NCBI GenBank assembly: GCA_001784055.1
Contig: MFOZ01000019.1
Span: forward strand, 18,593 to 82,592
DNA length: 64,000 nt
Reading direction: 5' to 3'
Source: Candidatus Levybacteria bacterium RIFCSPLOWO2_01_FULL_42_15
Lineage (GTDB): Bacteria > Patescibacteriota > Microgenomatia > Levybacterales > UBA12049
The notes beneath the pieces were generated by a model, which was given only the letters and a program-made list of their open reading frames with translations, was not told where the DNA came from and did no database searches. Position 1 is the stretch's first letter; each line of letters starts with the position of its first letter. Shown here one piece after another: positions 27,000-36,121 of the stretch. Position numbers and translations under genes: made by a program.

Positions 27000-29900
27000 A
27001 TATTGTTAGGTGGATCGTAAATAATATTTTCTTTCTTGCAACACTTTTTTTACTTGCGTTTATTCCTCTTTATCCCAAAATCCCACTTTTGGATGTTGAG
27101 AACACATGGGTTTATATTAGATTAGAAGATGTTATCGTTGTATTTGTTTTTTTGATTTGGATTACTTTTTTCTTATTTAAGAAAGTTACGCTAAAAACTC
27201 CGCTAACATTACCCATAATTCTATTTTGGATTATTGGTGGATTAGCAACTCTTCATGGAATACTCCTGATTTTTCCTACTATTGCCAATGTTTTTCCTAA
27301 TGTAGCCTTTTTAAGTTTTTTAAGGAGAATAGAGTACCTATTTTTATTCTTTGTTGCTTTTGCCGCTATGAAGATAAAGACGCATATATTCTACGTTGCT
27401 GCGACATTGGTAGTAGTTCTTCTTTTGGTTGTGGGGTATGGAGTTGGACAGAAATTCCTTGAATTCCCGGCGTATTTAACCATGAATGAAGAATTCGCTA
27501 AGGGAATTCCTATACAGCTCTCACAACTTTCGCGAGTTCCGTCTACGTTTGCGGGTCATTATGATCTGGCTGCATATTTGGTTCTCGTGATTCCTCTTAT
27601 TGTTAGTATGGCTTTTGGATTTAAAAATTTGCTTATAAAGATTTTTTTATTGATATCTGCTTCTTTAGGTTTTGGTCTTATTTTTATGACCGTATCTCGA
27701 GTTTCATTTTTTGTGCTTTTACTTTCCATGATTATGCTTTTAATTCTTCAGAAAAAAAGATTGCTTATATTTTCTTTTTTCTTAATAGTGCTTGTATTTT
27801 TAAGTTTTTCTCCAAGTCTTCTTGCGCGTTTTGGAAGTACGGTTTCAGAGGTTGATGTGTTGGTTGATTCTTCTAGCGGGGCGGCAATTGGACACGTGAA
27901 AGATGTCCCGGCTGAATATTTCAAGGATAAAGTTGTTTTGAGGCAGCCCGCTTCAAAAGAAGAATCTCATGTGGCTAGTTCTTCTGCGATATTACCTTTT
28001 TTATTCATCCCGGAAGTAGCATCTCTTGTTGTGGAAGAAAACACTCTAACAGGAGAAAACCTGCCACAGGGAACCAGTTACATAAATCTTCCCCTCTCGC
28101 CTGTTACCAAAAAGATAGGGCAATTTTTCTACCAAAAATCGAATGATCCAAAAACAGCGGAAGTGCGTGTTTTTTATGGAGATTTTCTTGTAAAAAGAGC
28201 CAAAGCGTACGATCTTTCGTTCACCACCCGATTTCAGGGAGAATGGCCAAAGACAATTGCGGCATTCAAGAGAAATATTTTTTTAGGTAGCGGCTATGGC
28301 TCTGTGAGCCTTGCCGTTGACAATAACTATTTACGGATATTAGGAGAATCGGGATTGCTTGGATTTGTAGCTTTTATATCAATCTTTTTAACCGCCGGTA
28401 TATATATAAAAAGGGTATTGCCGAGCGTTGATTCTCCTGTTGTCCGAAGTTTTGTTTTGGGCTTTGTTGCCGGCACATTCGGATTAGCCCTAAACGCAGT
28501 GCTTATTGATGTTTTTGAGGCGTCCAAAATTGCTTTCACATATTGGCTCTTAATGGGTGTAACAATTGGTGTTTTGCAATTGTACAAGAAGGAAAAGATA
28601 GATTTTTTTAAAGAGTTCATAAAGGTAGTAAGCTCTCCCTACGCAATTATTATGTATCTTTTTATTGTCACGGTACTATTGTTTTATTCAGCTTCAAGCT
28701 ACTATTTTGTGGGTGATGATTTTACATGGCTTCGATGGGTTTCGGATGGATATTTTAAGAATGGGATACTCAGTTATTTTACAGAGGCTAATGGATTTTT
28801 CTATCGGCCCGGAGCCAAGCTATATTTCTCCTTAATGTATTCAGCATTTTGGCTTAATCAGGTAATGTATCATGCGGTGTCGATTTTTCTCCATTTCCTT
28901 GTTGCGGGATTTATATTTTTGATTTCCAAAAGAATCTTAAAAGACGTCTTTTTATCTACGGCTACCGCGTTTCTGTTTCTAATTATGAGCGGATATTCTG
29001 AGGCAGTTTTTTGGATTTCTTCCACGGGCTTTCTTTTTAACGCGGTGTTTGCGCTTTCTAGCCTACTGTTTTATATGTTCTGGAAAGAAAAGAGGAGAAA
29101 AATTTTCTTTATTCTTTCGTTTTTTTGCATTGCCTTAAGTCTTCTGTTTCATGAAATTGGCATTATTACGCCTTTGTTAATTATACTGTATGATCTTGTT
29201 TTTGTTGAAAAGCAATTTAGCCTGGGACTTTTACAAAAAAAACGCTATTATTTTGTCTTTCTTTCTCCCCTTATTCCCTATCTTGCGTTGCGGTACGCGG
29301 CTAACAGTCACTGGTTTAGCGGCGATTACAGCTACAACCTATTAAAGCTTCCTTTTAACAGTATTGGTAATATAATTGGTTATTTATCTCTTTCTCTCTT
29401 TGGTCCCATGTCGTTATCTCTCTATTCAGGGTTTAGAAGTATCTTACGAGAGCACGTTGTTATTTCGGCAGTAGCATTAACAATATTAGCCTGTATTACC
29501 GTTTTTTTCTATCGAATGGTTATGAAAAAGATGGCAAAAGAAGATGCAAAAATTGTCGTTTTTGGATTTTTGTTTTTTATAATCGCGCTCGCGCCATTTT
29601 TAGGGCTAGGGAATATTTCTTCTCGCTATAGTTATTTATCTTCTTTTGGGCTTGTCCTTCTTTCTGTATTCTTTCTTAAGAAGACATACGGTTTCCTTCT
29701 TGTCAACGGGCGAGGTATTGCCGTGACGAGCGTCATTATCATTGTTCTTATATTTTCCTTTCTCCACCTGATGCAGTTGCAAAAAATAAATTCGGATTGG
29801 AAAGTTGCCGGTGAAAAATCAAAAAAGTTTTTGGTCTCATTTAGCGATATATATCCGGATTATCAAATAAAAGGAAAGATGCAATTTTATTTTGTCAATG

Positions 29901-30133
29901 TACCGATTCGTGTAGGAGATGCGTGGGTGTTTCCTGTTGGCTTGGGTGATGCGTTGTGGTTTATTCTCAAAAATGAAGATCTTGCGGTGTATCAAGTGCA
30001 GTCGAGCAAAACCGCGCTTGATCTGGCAGAAACGTCAGAAAGAAGTAAAGTCTTTATGTTTGATACCCGTGCGGCCGTTTCCGAAGTGCGAAGAACAGAC
30101 AATGGCGATATTATTTACCTGAATGCGAAATAA
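26996..30133 (+). CDS. 1045-aa membrane protein: O-antigen ligase/Wzy-like N-terminal part fused to a GT-C-like C-terminal part
   Basis: RVPSTFAGHYD, TVSRVS, LGSGYGS, DNNYLRILGESG; second half FVGDDF, FYRP, SEAVFW, HE. Confidence 0.65.
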   Translation: MNIVRWIVNNIFFLATLFLLAFIPLYPKIPLLDVENTWVYIRLEDVIVVFVFLIWITFFLFKKVTLKTPLTLPIILFWIIGGLATLHGILLIFPTIANVFPNVAFLSFLRRIEYLFLFFVAFAAMKIKTHIFYVAATLVVVLLLVVGYGVGQKFLEFPAYLTMNEEFAKGIPIQLSQLSRVPSTFAGHYDLAAYLVLVIPLIVSMAFGFKNLLIKIFLLISASLGFGLIFMTVSRVSFFVLLLSMIMLLILQKKRLLIFSFFLIVLVFLSFSPSLLARFGSTVSEVDVLVDSSSGAAIGHVKDVPAEYFKDKVVLRQPASKEESHVASSSAILPFLFIPEVASLVVEENTLTGENLPQGTSYINLPLSPVTKKIGQFFYQKSNDPKTAEVRVFYGDFLVKRAKAYDLSFTTRFQGEWPKTIAAFKRNIFLGSGYGSVSLAVDNNYLRILGESGLLGFVAFISIFLTAGIYIKRVLPSVDSPVVRSFVLGFVAGTFGLALNAVLIDVFEASKIAFTYWLLMGVTIGVLQLYKKEKIDFFKEFIKVVSSPYAIIMYLFIVTVLLFYSASSYYFVGDDFTWLRWVSDGYFKNGILSYFTEANGFFYRPGAKLYFSLMYSAFWLNQVMYHAVSIFLHFLVAGFIFLISKRILKDVFLSTATAFLFLIMSGYSEAVFWISSTGFLFNAVFALSSLLFYMFWKEKRRKIFFILSFFCIALSLLFHEIGIITPLLIILYDLVFVEKQFSLGLLQKKRYYFVFLSPLIPYLALRYAANSHWFSGDYSYNLLKLPFNSIGNIIGYLSLSLFGPMSLSLYSGFRSILREHVVISAVALTILACITVFFYRMVMKKMAKEDAKIVVFGFLFFIIALAPFLGLGNISSRYSYLSSFGLVLLSVFFLKKTYGFLLVNGRGIAVTSVIIIVLIFSFLHLMQLQKINSDWKVAGEKSKKFLVSFSDIYPDYQIKGKMQFYFVNVPIRVGDAWVFPVGLGDALWFILKNEDLAVYQVQSSKTALDLAETSERSKVFMFDTRAAVSEVRRTDNGDIIYLNAK

Positions 30134-31598
30134 TTACATGATACGCAAAAAAGAAATAATAGCTCTTTTTCTTATTCTTACTTTGGGTTTTATCGTTCGG
30201 CTCTATAAGTTTACTAATCCTATTGCCGACTGGCATTCGTGGAGACAATCAGACACGTCTTCCGTATCCAGAAACTTTGTGAAATACGGGTTTGATCTTC
30301 TTCATCCACGGTTTGATGATCTATCTAACGGCGTGTCGCTTCTTGACAATCCGAAAGGATACCGTTTCGTAGAATTTCCAATCTACAACGTGTTTCAAGC
30401 CGGACTCTTTGAGTTGTTTCATACGTTTACTATTGAAGAGTGGGGTCGATTAGTTAGTATTGCGTCAGTTTTGATTGCAACGGTTTTTCTCTATCTTTTG
30501 GTGAGGGAATATGTATCTTCTCGCGCAGGTCTTTTTGCCGCATTTTTTTACGCACTCCTTCCGTATAATATTTATTTCGGTCGCGTTATCTTGCCGGATA
30601 CGCTGATGGTTGCCTTCATGCTTGGGGGGTTATATTTTTTTGATGCGTGGACAAAAAAAATCAAAACAAATCAAAAACGCGTTCAGGCACTCTTATTTTT
30701 TATGCTCGCGGTTCTGTTTACAGCATCTGCTATTCTTATCAAACCGTTCGTTCTATTCTACGGATTAGCTTTTGTTTATATTCTCATAAAAAGATTTGGA
30801 TGGCGTTTACTGAAGCGATGGGATATATGGCTGTTTGCGATTCTTTGCCTTTTGCCCTTTGTTCTTTGGAGAGCGTGGATGCAGCAATATCCGGAAGGAA
30901 TTCCTAGAAACGATTGGCTATACAATGGGAATGGGATCCGTTTTAGAGGAGCATTTTTTTGGTGGATTTTTGCGGAACGAATTGGAAAAAACATGCTTGG
31001 ATATTGGGGCCTTCCCATTATTGTTATTGGACTTATTTCTAAAATAAAAGAGAAAGATACTTGGTTCTTTTTTACCTTTATTATTGCGTCTCTTCTTTAT
31101 ATAAGCGTATTTGCAACAGGGAATGTTCAGCATGATTATTACCAGATTCTTATTGTGCCAACGCTTGCCATTTTTTTTGCCAAGGGAGCAGAAGCAATCG
31201 TTGAATTTTCTTCCCATGCCTTCCATAAATTCCTCGCCTTAGCAACGTTTGCGATCTGTGTTGTCTTTATGTTTATGTTTGGGTGGAGAGAAATCAGGGC
31301 ATTTTACAACATTGATCATCCGGAAATTGTTGAAGCAGGGCGCGCGATTGACGCGCTTACCCCAAAAAATGCAAAGATTATTGCGATATACAACGGAGAT
31401 ACAACCTTTCTCTATCATACAAATAGACAAGGATGGCCAGTCTTTGAAAGATCTATAAAAGATTTTGTAAAGGCAGGGGCAACCCACATAGCGTTTGTAA
31501 ATCAAGGAGAAAAAGAATCAAACTTTGCAAATGAATTTAATACGGTCAAAGTAACAGAACGATATGCAATATTTGATCTTACAAAAAAGAAAAAATGA
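30123..31598 (+). CDS. ArnT/PMT-like (GT-C) membrane glycosyltransferase
   Basis: WRQSDT, EFPIY, LLP, ILPD, IKP, HDYYQ; many TM helices. Confidence 0.75.
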   Translation: MRNNYMIRKKEIIALFLILTLGFIVRLYKFTNPIADWHSWRQSDTSSVSRNFVKYGFDLLHPRFDDLSNGVSLLDNPKGYRFVEFPIYNVFQAGLFELFHTFTIEEWGRLVSIASVLIATVFLYLLVREYVSSRAGLFAAFFYALLPYNIYFGRVILPDTLMVAFMLGGLYFFDAWTKKIKTNQKRVQALLFFMLAVLFTASAILIKPFVLFYGLAFVYILIKRFGWRLLKRWDIWLFAILCLLPFVLWRAWMQQYPEGIPRNDWLYNGNGIRFRGAFFWWIFAERIGKNMLGYWGLPIIVIGLISKIKEKDTWFFFTFIIASLLYISVFATGNVQHDYYQILIVPTLAIFFAKGAEAIVEFSSHAFHKFLALATFAICVVFMFMFGWREIRAFYNIDHPEIVEAGRAIDALTPKNAKIIAIYNGDTTFLYHTNRQGWPVFERSIKDFVKAGATHIAFVNQGEKESNFANEFNTVKVTERYAIFDLTKKKK

Positions 31599-32881
31599 AC
31601 ATTTTAGTTGTTTCCTCTTTTTTGCCGTATCCTTTGTTTTCAGGGGGACATATCCGCCTTTACAGCATTATAAAAGAGCTTTCTAGAAGGCATACCATAA
31701 CGCTTATCTGCGAAAAGAGAAAGCATCAGACAGAAGATGACGTAAAAGAGGTTGAGAAAATTTGCGAGGTAATCTGGGTTGAGCGAAAACAACAATGGTC
31801 AATAAAGAATATTCTTCAAGCAGGATTCTCTCCATACCCTTTCTTAATGACAGGGCACACAAATTCGGAAATGAAGAAAAGAATAGAGGATGTTTTGAGA
31901 CAAAGAAAAATCGATGTAATCCACATTGAGACATTTTACGTCTACCAAAACATGCCCCGGGTTTTGATTCCGACCGTTTTGGTGGAGCATAACATAGAGT
32001 ATTTAGTTTATAAACGATTTGCCGATTCGGCTCCAAAATTCATAAAACATCTTCTCCTTTTGGATATATTAAAGATGCGGTATTGGGAGCAAAAATTTTG
32101 GCAGAAAGCAACAAAGCTTGTTGCCGTATCGGAGCAGGAAAAAAACATGATGACAAGAGACGATGTAGCAGTGGTACCAAATGGGGTAGACGTAAATAAG
32201 TTCAAAGTCAGGCGTTCAGAGTTAAAAGTTAACGATAGAGAAAAGAGAGTTTTATTTATTGGGGATTTTCGGTGGATTCAAAATAGGGATGCGCTTGAAT
32301 GGATTCTCAAAGAGATATGGCCGGAAATAAGTTCAAAGTTCCCCACTTCGCCAAGGCTTCGAGGGGCGAGCGAAGTTCAAAGTTCCCCAGCCTCGCCAAG
32401 CGAAGCCTCGCCAAAGGCGGGCGAAGCAGGGCGGGCAAAGTTATTGCTTTGGATTGTAGGCAGAGACATTCCAAGTTCGCTTAAAAAGCTCACTAAGGAT
32501 GATAGCATTATGTTTGATGAGAACGCATCAGAAAATACTACCGAAATCTTCAAAAAAGCGGACATATTGCTTGCGCCGATACGCATTGGCGGTGGGACAA
32601 GCTTTAAGATTTTAGAGGCTATGGCAAGCGGTGTTCCTGTGGTGACAACGTCTCTTGGTATAGAAGGAATAGGCGCAATAAAAAATAAAGAAGTACTTAT
32701 TGCGAATACATCATATGAATTTGGAGAAGAAACAAATAGAGTTCTGCGAAATCCCCATCTTTATAAAGAGCTTGCAGGAAACGCGCGTAAACTCATTGAA
32801 GAGAAGTATGATTGGGACGTTATTGTTAAAAAACTGGAAGATGTATATACGTCTGCCGTATATCATGCAGGGGCAATATGA
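31595..32881 (+). CDS. GT4 glycosyltransferase with in-frame repeat insertions
   Basis: PYPLFSGG, VEHNIE, PNGVD, GGGTSFKILEAMASG. Confidence 0.88.
   Translation: MNILVVSSFLPYPLFSGGHIRLYSIIKELSRRHTITLICEKRKHQTEDDVKEVEKICEVIWVERKQQWSIKNILQAGFSPYPFLMTGHTNSEMKKRIEDVLRQRKIDVIHIETFYVYQNMPRVLIPTVLVEHNIEYLVYKRFADSAPKFIKHLLLLDILKMRYWEQKFWQKATKLVAVSEQEKNMMTRDDVAVVPNGVDVNKFKVRRSELKVNDREKRVLFIGDFRWIQNRDALEWILKEIWPEISSKFPTSPRLRGASEVQSSPASPSEASPKAGEAGRAKLLLWIVGRDIPSSLKKLTKDDSIMFDENASENTTEIFKKADILLAPIRIGGGTSFKILEAMASGVPVVTTSLGIEGIGAIKNKEVLIANTSYEFGEETNRVLRNPHLYKELAGNARKLIEEKYDWDVIVKKLEDVYTSAVYHAGAI
32198..32232 (+). repeat. Degenerate heptamer tract in GT interdomain linker
   Basis: AAGTTCA AAGTCAG GCGTTCA GAGTTAA AAGTTAA. 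Confidence 0.55.
32329..32442. repeat. Composite in-frame insertion: two GC-rich hairpin elements within an AAAGTTC heptamer tract
   Basis: 17-bp direct repeat AAGTTCAAAGTTCCCCA at 32329 and 32373; 50-bp element 32386-32435 matches 48441-48490. Confidence 0.9.
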
Positions 32882-33783
32882 TTGAGCTTTCCATTATCAT
32901 TGTCAATTTCAACACAAAAGATTTTATAAAACAGTGTATAGCCTCTATCATAGGTAGCTCATTTGAGAGAGAGTTTGAAATAATTGTTGTAGATAATGCC
33001 TCTACCGATGGAAGCGTTGAGGATATTCAGAAGACAACATCCTTAACGCAGAATTTTTTTCTTATTGAAAATAAAGAGAATGTTGGATTCTCCAAGGCAA
33101 ATAATCAGGGGATAGGTGTTGCGAAAGGATCCTATTTTCTTTTCTTGAATCCGGATACCGTTTTTTCAACCGATACTTTGGAAACTGTGATTTCTTTCAT
33201 GGAAAAGCACCCAGACGTTGGAGTGGCAACAGCAAGAATTAATCTTCCAAATGGAACGCTTGATGAGGCATGTCACAGGGGATTTCCTACTCCCTGGAAT
33301 GCATTTTGTTATTTTTCTTCTCTGTCTAAGCTCTGCCCCAAAAGCAAGCTTTTTGCAGGATATCAAATGGGCTGGTTGGATCTTTCTACAACCCATGAGG
33401 TTGAGTCGGTTTGCGGAGCATTTATGATGGTGTCAAGACAAGCGGGGGATCAGATCGGCTGGTGGGATGAGGATTATTTTTGGTACGGAGAGGATATTGA
33501 TTTTTGCTATCGCATAAAACAAAAAGGATTAAAAATATATTATATTCCCTCTGCGTCAATAACGCACTATAAAGGAGTATCGGGCGGAATTAAACAAATT
33601 TCCAAAAATATTGCAACTGCCTCAGAGACGATCAAAAGAAACTCCATGATAGCTCGATTTGAGGCAATGAGAATTTTTTATAAAAAACACTACAAAAAGC
33701 GTTATCCATGGTTTCTAACCCGTTTGGTCTTCGGCGCAATCGGCATATTGCGATTTTTTAACCTTTATACCCTTAGGAAGTAA
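32878..33783 (+). CDS. GT2 glycosyltransferase (WbbL-like)
   Basis: VDNASTDGS, NVGFSKANNQG, LNPD, GAFMM, WDEDYFWYGED. Confidence 0.88.
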   Translation: MIELSIIIVNFNTKDFIKQCIASIIGSSFEREFEIIVVDNASTDGSVEDIQKTTSLTQNFFLIENKENVGFSKANNQGIGVAKGSYFLFLNPDTVFSTDTLETVISFMEKHPDVGVATARINLPNGTLDEACHRGFPTPWNAFCYFSSLSKLCPKSKLFAGYQMGWLDLSTTHEVESVCGAFMMVSRQAGDQIGWWDEDYFWYGEDIDFCYRIKQKGLKIYYIPSASITHYKGVSGGIKQISKNIATASETIKRNSMIARFEAMRIFYKKHYKKRYPWFLTRLVFGAIGILRFFNLYTLRK

Positions 33784-33802
33784 TCCAATCCCCCTCCTTC
33801 TA

Positions 33803-33811
33803 TGTTATAAT
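33803..33811 (+). promoter_or_regulatory. Extended -10 promoter (TGnTATAAT), probably leaderless transcript
   Basis: TGTTATAAT 6 nt upstream of ATG 33818. Confidence 0.55.
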
Positions 33812-33817
33812 TTCCCC

Positions 33818-34969
33818 ATGGTTATTGGGATTGATTGCAGGCTTTGGGAGGAATCGGGGGTTGGTCGTTATACCCAAAATCTTGTAAAGAATTTTTCCCT
33901 TCTGAGAACTCCTCACGAATTTGTCTTTTTTGCCCAAAGAAGACATGTGCATCAGATACAGTCTATAATCGGAAAAAGAAAATGGAGAATCATTGCGGTA
34001 AAAAGCAAATGGCATTCACTGTCTGAACAAGCGCTCCTTCCTTTCATCCTGAAAAGAGCAAAAATTGACCTCATGCATTTTCCTTACATGTCTGCTCCTC
34101 TGTTGTATAACAGACCTTTTGTGGTAACGATACACGATCTTATTCCTTATCACTTTGTAACAGGCGAGGCAACTACCCTTCCGCCTTTTGTATATCGGCT
34201 TAAACGCATTGCTTACAAAACGGTACTTTCTTCTGCGATTAAAAAAGCCAAGAGGATAATAGCTGTTTCCAACGCAACAAAAGAGGCAATCATCAATAAC
34301 TTTTCAATAAACCAGCAAAAAGTTTCTGTTATTTACGAAGGAGTAGATTCTGCGATACATACGTCTTCTCATCTTTTATCGGAAGAAGAAAAGAACGCCG
34401 CCTCTTTTTTAAAAAATACGGAGTATTTATTGTATATTGGGAATGCCTATCCCCATAAAAATCTTAAGAAGCTAATAGAAGCTTTTCGGTTAATCGGAGA
34501 GGAATATCCATCTCTCAAATTATTTCTTGTTGGAAAAGATGACCACTTTTATAAAAGATTGAGATTGTTTATACAAGAGATGGGGCTTACAAAAGCTGTA
34601 ATTCACTTTGGCTTTGTAAGCGATCCCTTTTTATATTACCTCTATAAAAACGCCCATGCGTTGGTTGCGCCGTCTTTAATGGAGGGATTTGGACTCTCTG
34701 TACTTGAGGCGATGGCAAACAGATGCCTTGTTGTGTGTTCGGATATCCCTGTTTTTCGAGAACTTTATTTGGATACCGTACTATATTGTGATCCCAAAAA
34801 GACTCAAGATATTGCTCGTGTCCTAAAAAAAACAATATTGCTTAAAACTCATGAGAGAACGGTCTTTGTCCAAAAAGCCCACGCGCGAACCTATCATTTT
34901 TCCTGGGAAACTGCGGCAAAAGAAACGATTGATGTCTATGAAAGTTGTTCTTTGGCAAGCTCAGAATAA
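33818..34969 (+). CDS. GT4 glycosyltransferase
   Basis: GVGRY, VTIHDL, GNAYPHKN, PSLMEGFGLSVLEAM. Confidence 0.9.
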   Translation: MVIGIDCRLWEESGVGRYTQNLVKNFSLLRTPHEFVFFAQRRHVHQIQSIIGKRKWRIIAVKSKWHSLSEQALLPFILKRAKIDLMHFPYMSAPLLYNRPFVVTIHDLIPYHFVTGEATTLPPFVYRLKRIAYKTVLSSAIKKAKRIIAVSNATKEAIINNFSINQQKVSVIYEGVDSAIHTSSHLLSEEEKNAASFLKNTEYLLYIGNAYPHKNLKKLIEAFRLIGEEYPSLKLFLVGKDDHFYKRLRLFIQEMGLTKAVIHFGFVSDPFLYYLYKNAHALVAPSLMEGFGLSVLEAMANRCLVVCSDIPVFRELYLDTVLYCDPKKTQDIARVLKKTILLKTHERTVFVQKAHARTYHFSWETAAKETIDVYESCSLASSE

Positions 34970-34996
34970 ACTTATTGATTATGGCAAGCTCATCTT

Positions 34997-36121
34997 ATGA
35001 AGGTTGCATTAGTGTACGACCGATTGAACAAATGGGGAGGAGCGGAGCGAGTGCTTCTATCGCTTCGCGAACTTTTTCCAGATGCTCCATTGTATACATC
35101 GGTGTATCATGCTAAGAGAGCTTCCTGGGCAAAAGAATTTGTTGTTAAATCGTCTTTTCTCCAACGATTCCCATACGCGGCATCTTCCCACGAACCATAT
35201 GCAATATTCATGCCTTTGGCGTTTGAGAGTTTTTCCTTTGATAGATACGATTTAGTTATTTCCGTAACCAGCGAAAGCGCAAAGGGTATTATCACAAAGC
35301 CAAACACGATACATATTTGCTATTGCCTTACCCCCACAAGATATTTATGGAGCGGTTATGATGAATATTTTACAAGTTCAGCTGTCCGTTTTTTGTCAAA
35401 GCCTGCTGTTTCTTATTTGAGAGCTTGGGATAAAATTGCAGCTCAAAGGCCAGATGCATATATTGCGATTTCAAAAGAGGTTCAAAAAAGAATTAAAAAA
35501 TATTATGAAAGAGAATCAACTGTTATATATCCTCCCGTAGCAATAGACGGTAGAAGATGGAATAGAGAAGATAGTAATTTGAAGATAGAAGATAGAGTGT
35601 CGAAAGGATATTTTCTTATTGTATCTCGTTTTGTCCCGTATAAAAAAATCGATATCGCAATAAAGGCCTGTAGCCGGCTCAAGTTGCCTCTTAAAATAGT
35701 TGGTTCCGGAGCACAAGAGGGGTATCTTCGGTCTCTTGCGGGGCCTACGGTTGAGTTTCTTGGTAACTTGACTGACAAAGAGTTACTAAGCTATTATAAG
35801 AATAGTTGGGCACTCCTTTTTCCGGGGCATGAGGATTTTGGCATAGTAATCGTGGAGGCGTTAGCAAGCGGAACGCCTGTAATTGCGTTTAAGAATGGGG
35901 GTGCCCTTGAAATAATAAAAGAAGGGAAAACAGGGGCATTCTTTTATCCACAGACAGTGGAATCATTGGAGAGCGTATTGCAATCGTTTAGTCCGGTTGA
36001 CTATCAAGCGGACGAATGCAGAAAAAGCGTTATGCAATTTGAAAAAAAGAGATTCCTAAAGGAGTTCAGGCAAGCAGTTGAGGCGCTTTTTCTTGCGCAC
36101 AAAAAGAAAAAGATGATATGA
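34997..36121 (+). CDS. GT4 glycosyltransferase (mannosyltransferase-like)
   Basis: GGAERVL, YCLTPTRYLW, SRFVPYK, EDFGIVIVEA. Confidence 0.9.
   Translation: MKVALVYDRLNKWGGAERVLLSLRELFPDAPLYTSVYHAKRASWAKEFVVKSSFLQRFPYAASSHEPYAIFMPLAFESFSFDRYDLVISVTSESAKGIITKPNTIHICYCLTPTRYLWSGYDEYFTSSAVRFLSKPAVSYLRAWDKIAAQRPDAYIAISKEVQKRIKKYYERESTVIYPPVAIDGRRWNREDSNLKIEDRVSKGYFLIVSRFVPYKKIDIAIKACSRLKLPLKIVGSGAQEGYLRSLAGPTVEFLGNLTDKELLSYYKNSWALLFPGHEDFGIVIVEALASGTPVIAFKNGGALEIIKEGKTGAFFYPQTVESLESVLQSFSPVDYQADECRKSVMQFEKKRFLKEFRQAVEALFLAHKKKKMI
35547..35595 (+). repeat. Degenerate heptamer tract (AAGATAG) in GT interdomain linker
   Basis: ACGGTAG AAGATGG AATAGAG AAGATAG TAATTTG AAGATAG AAGATAG. Confidence 0.7.

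Noticed and set aside
32299-32484. 61-aa ORF sharing RSLAKGGRS with MurE
   Set aside because: Alternative-frame reading of the stop-free 50-bp element inside the GT gene, not an independent gene
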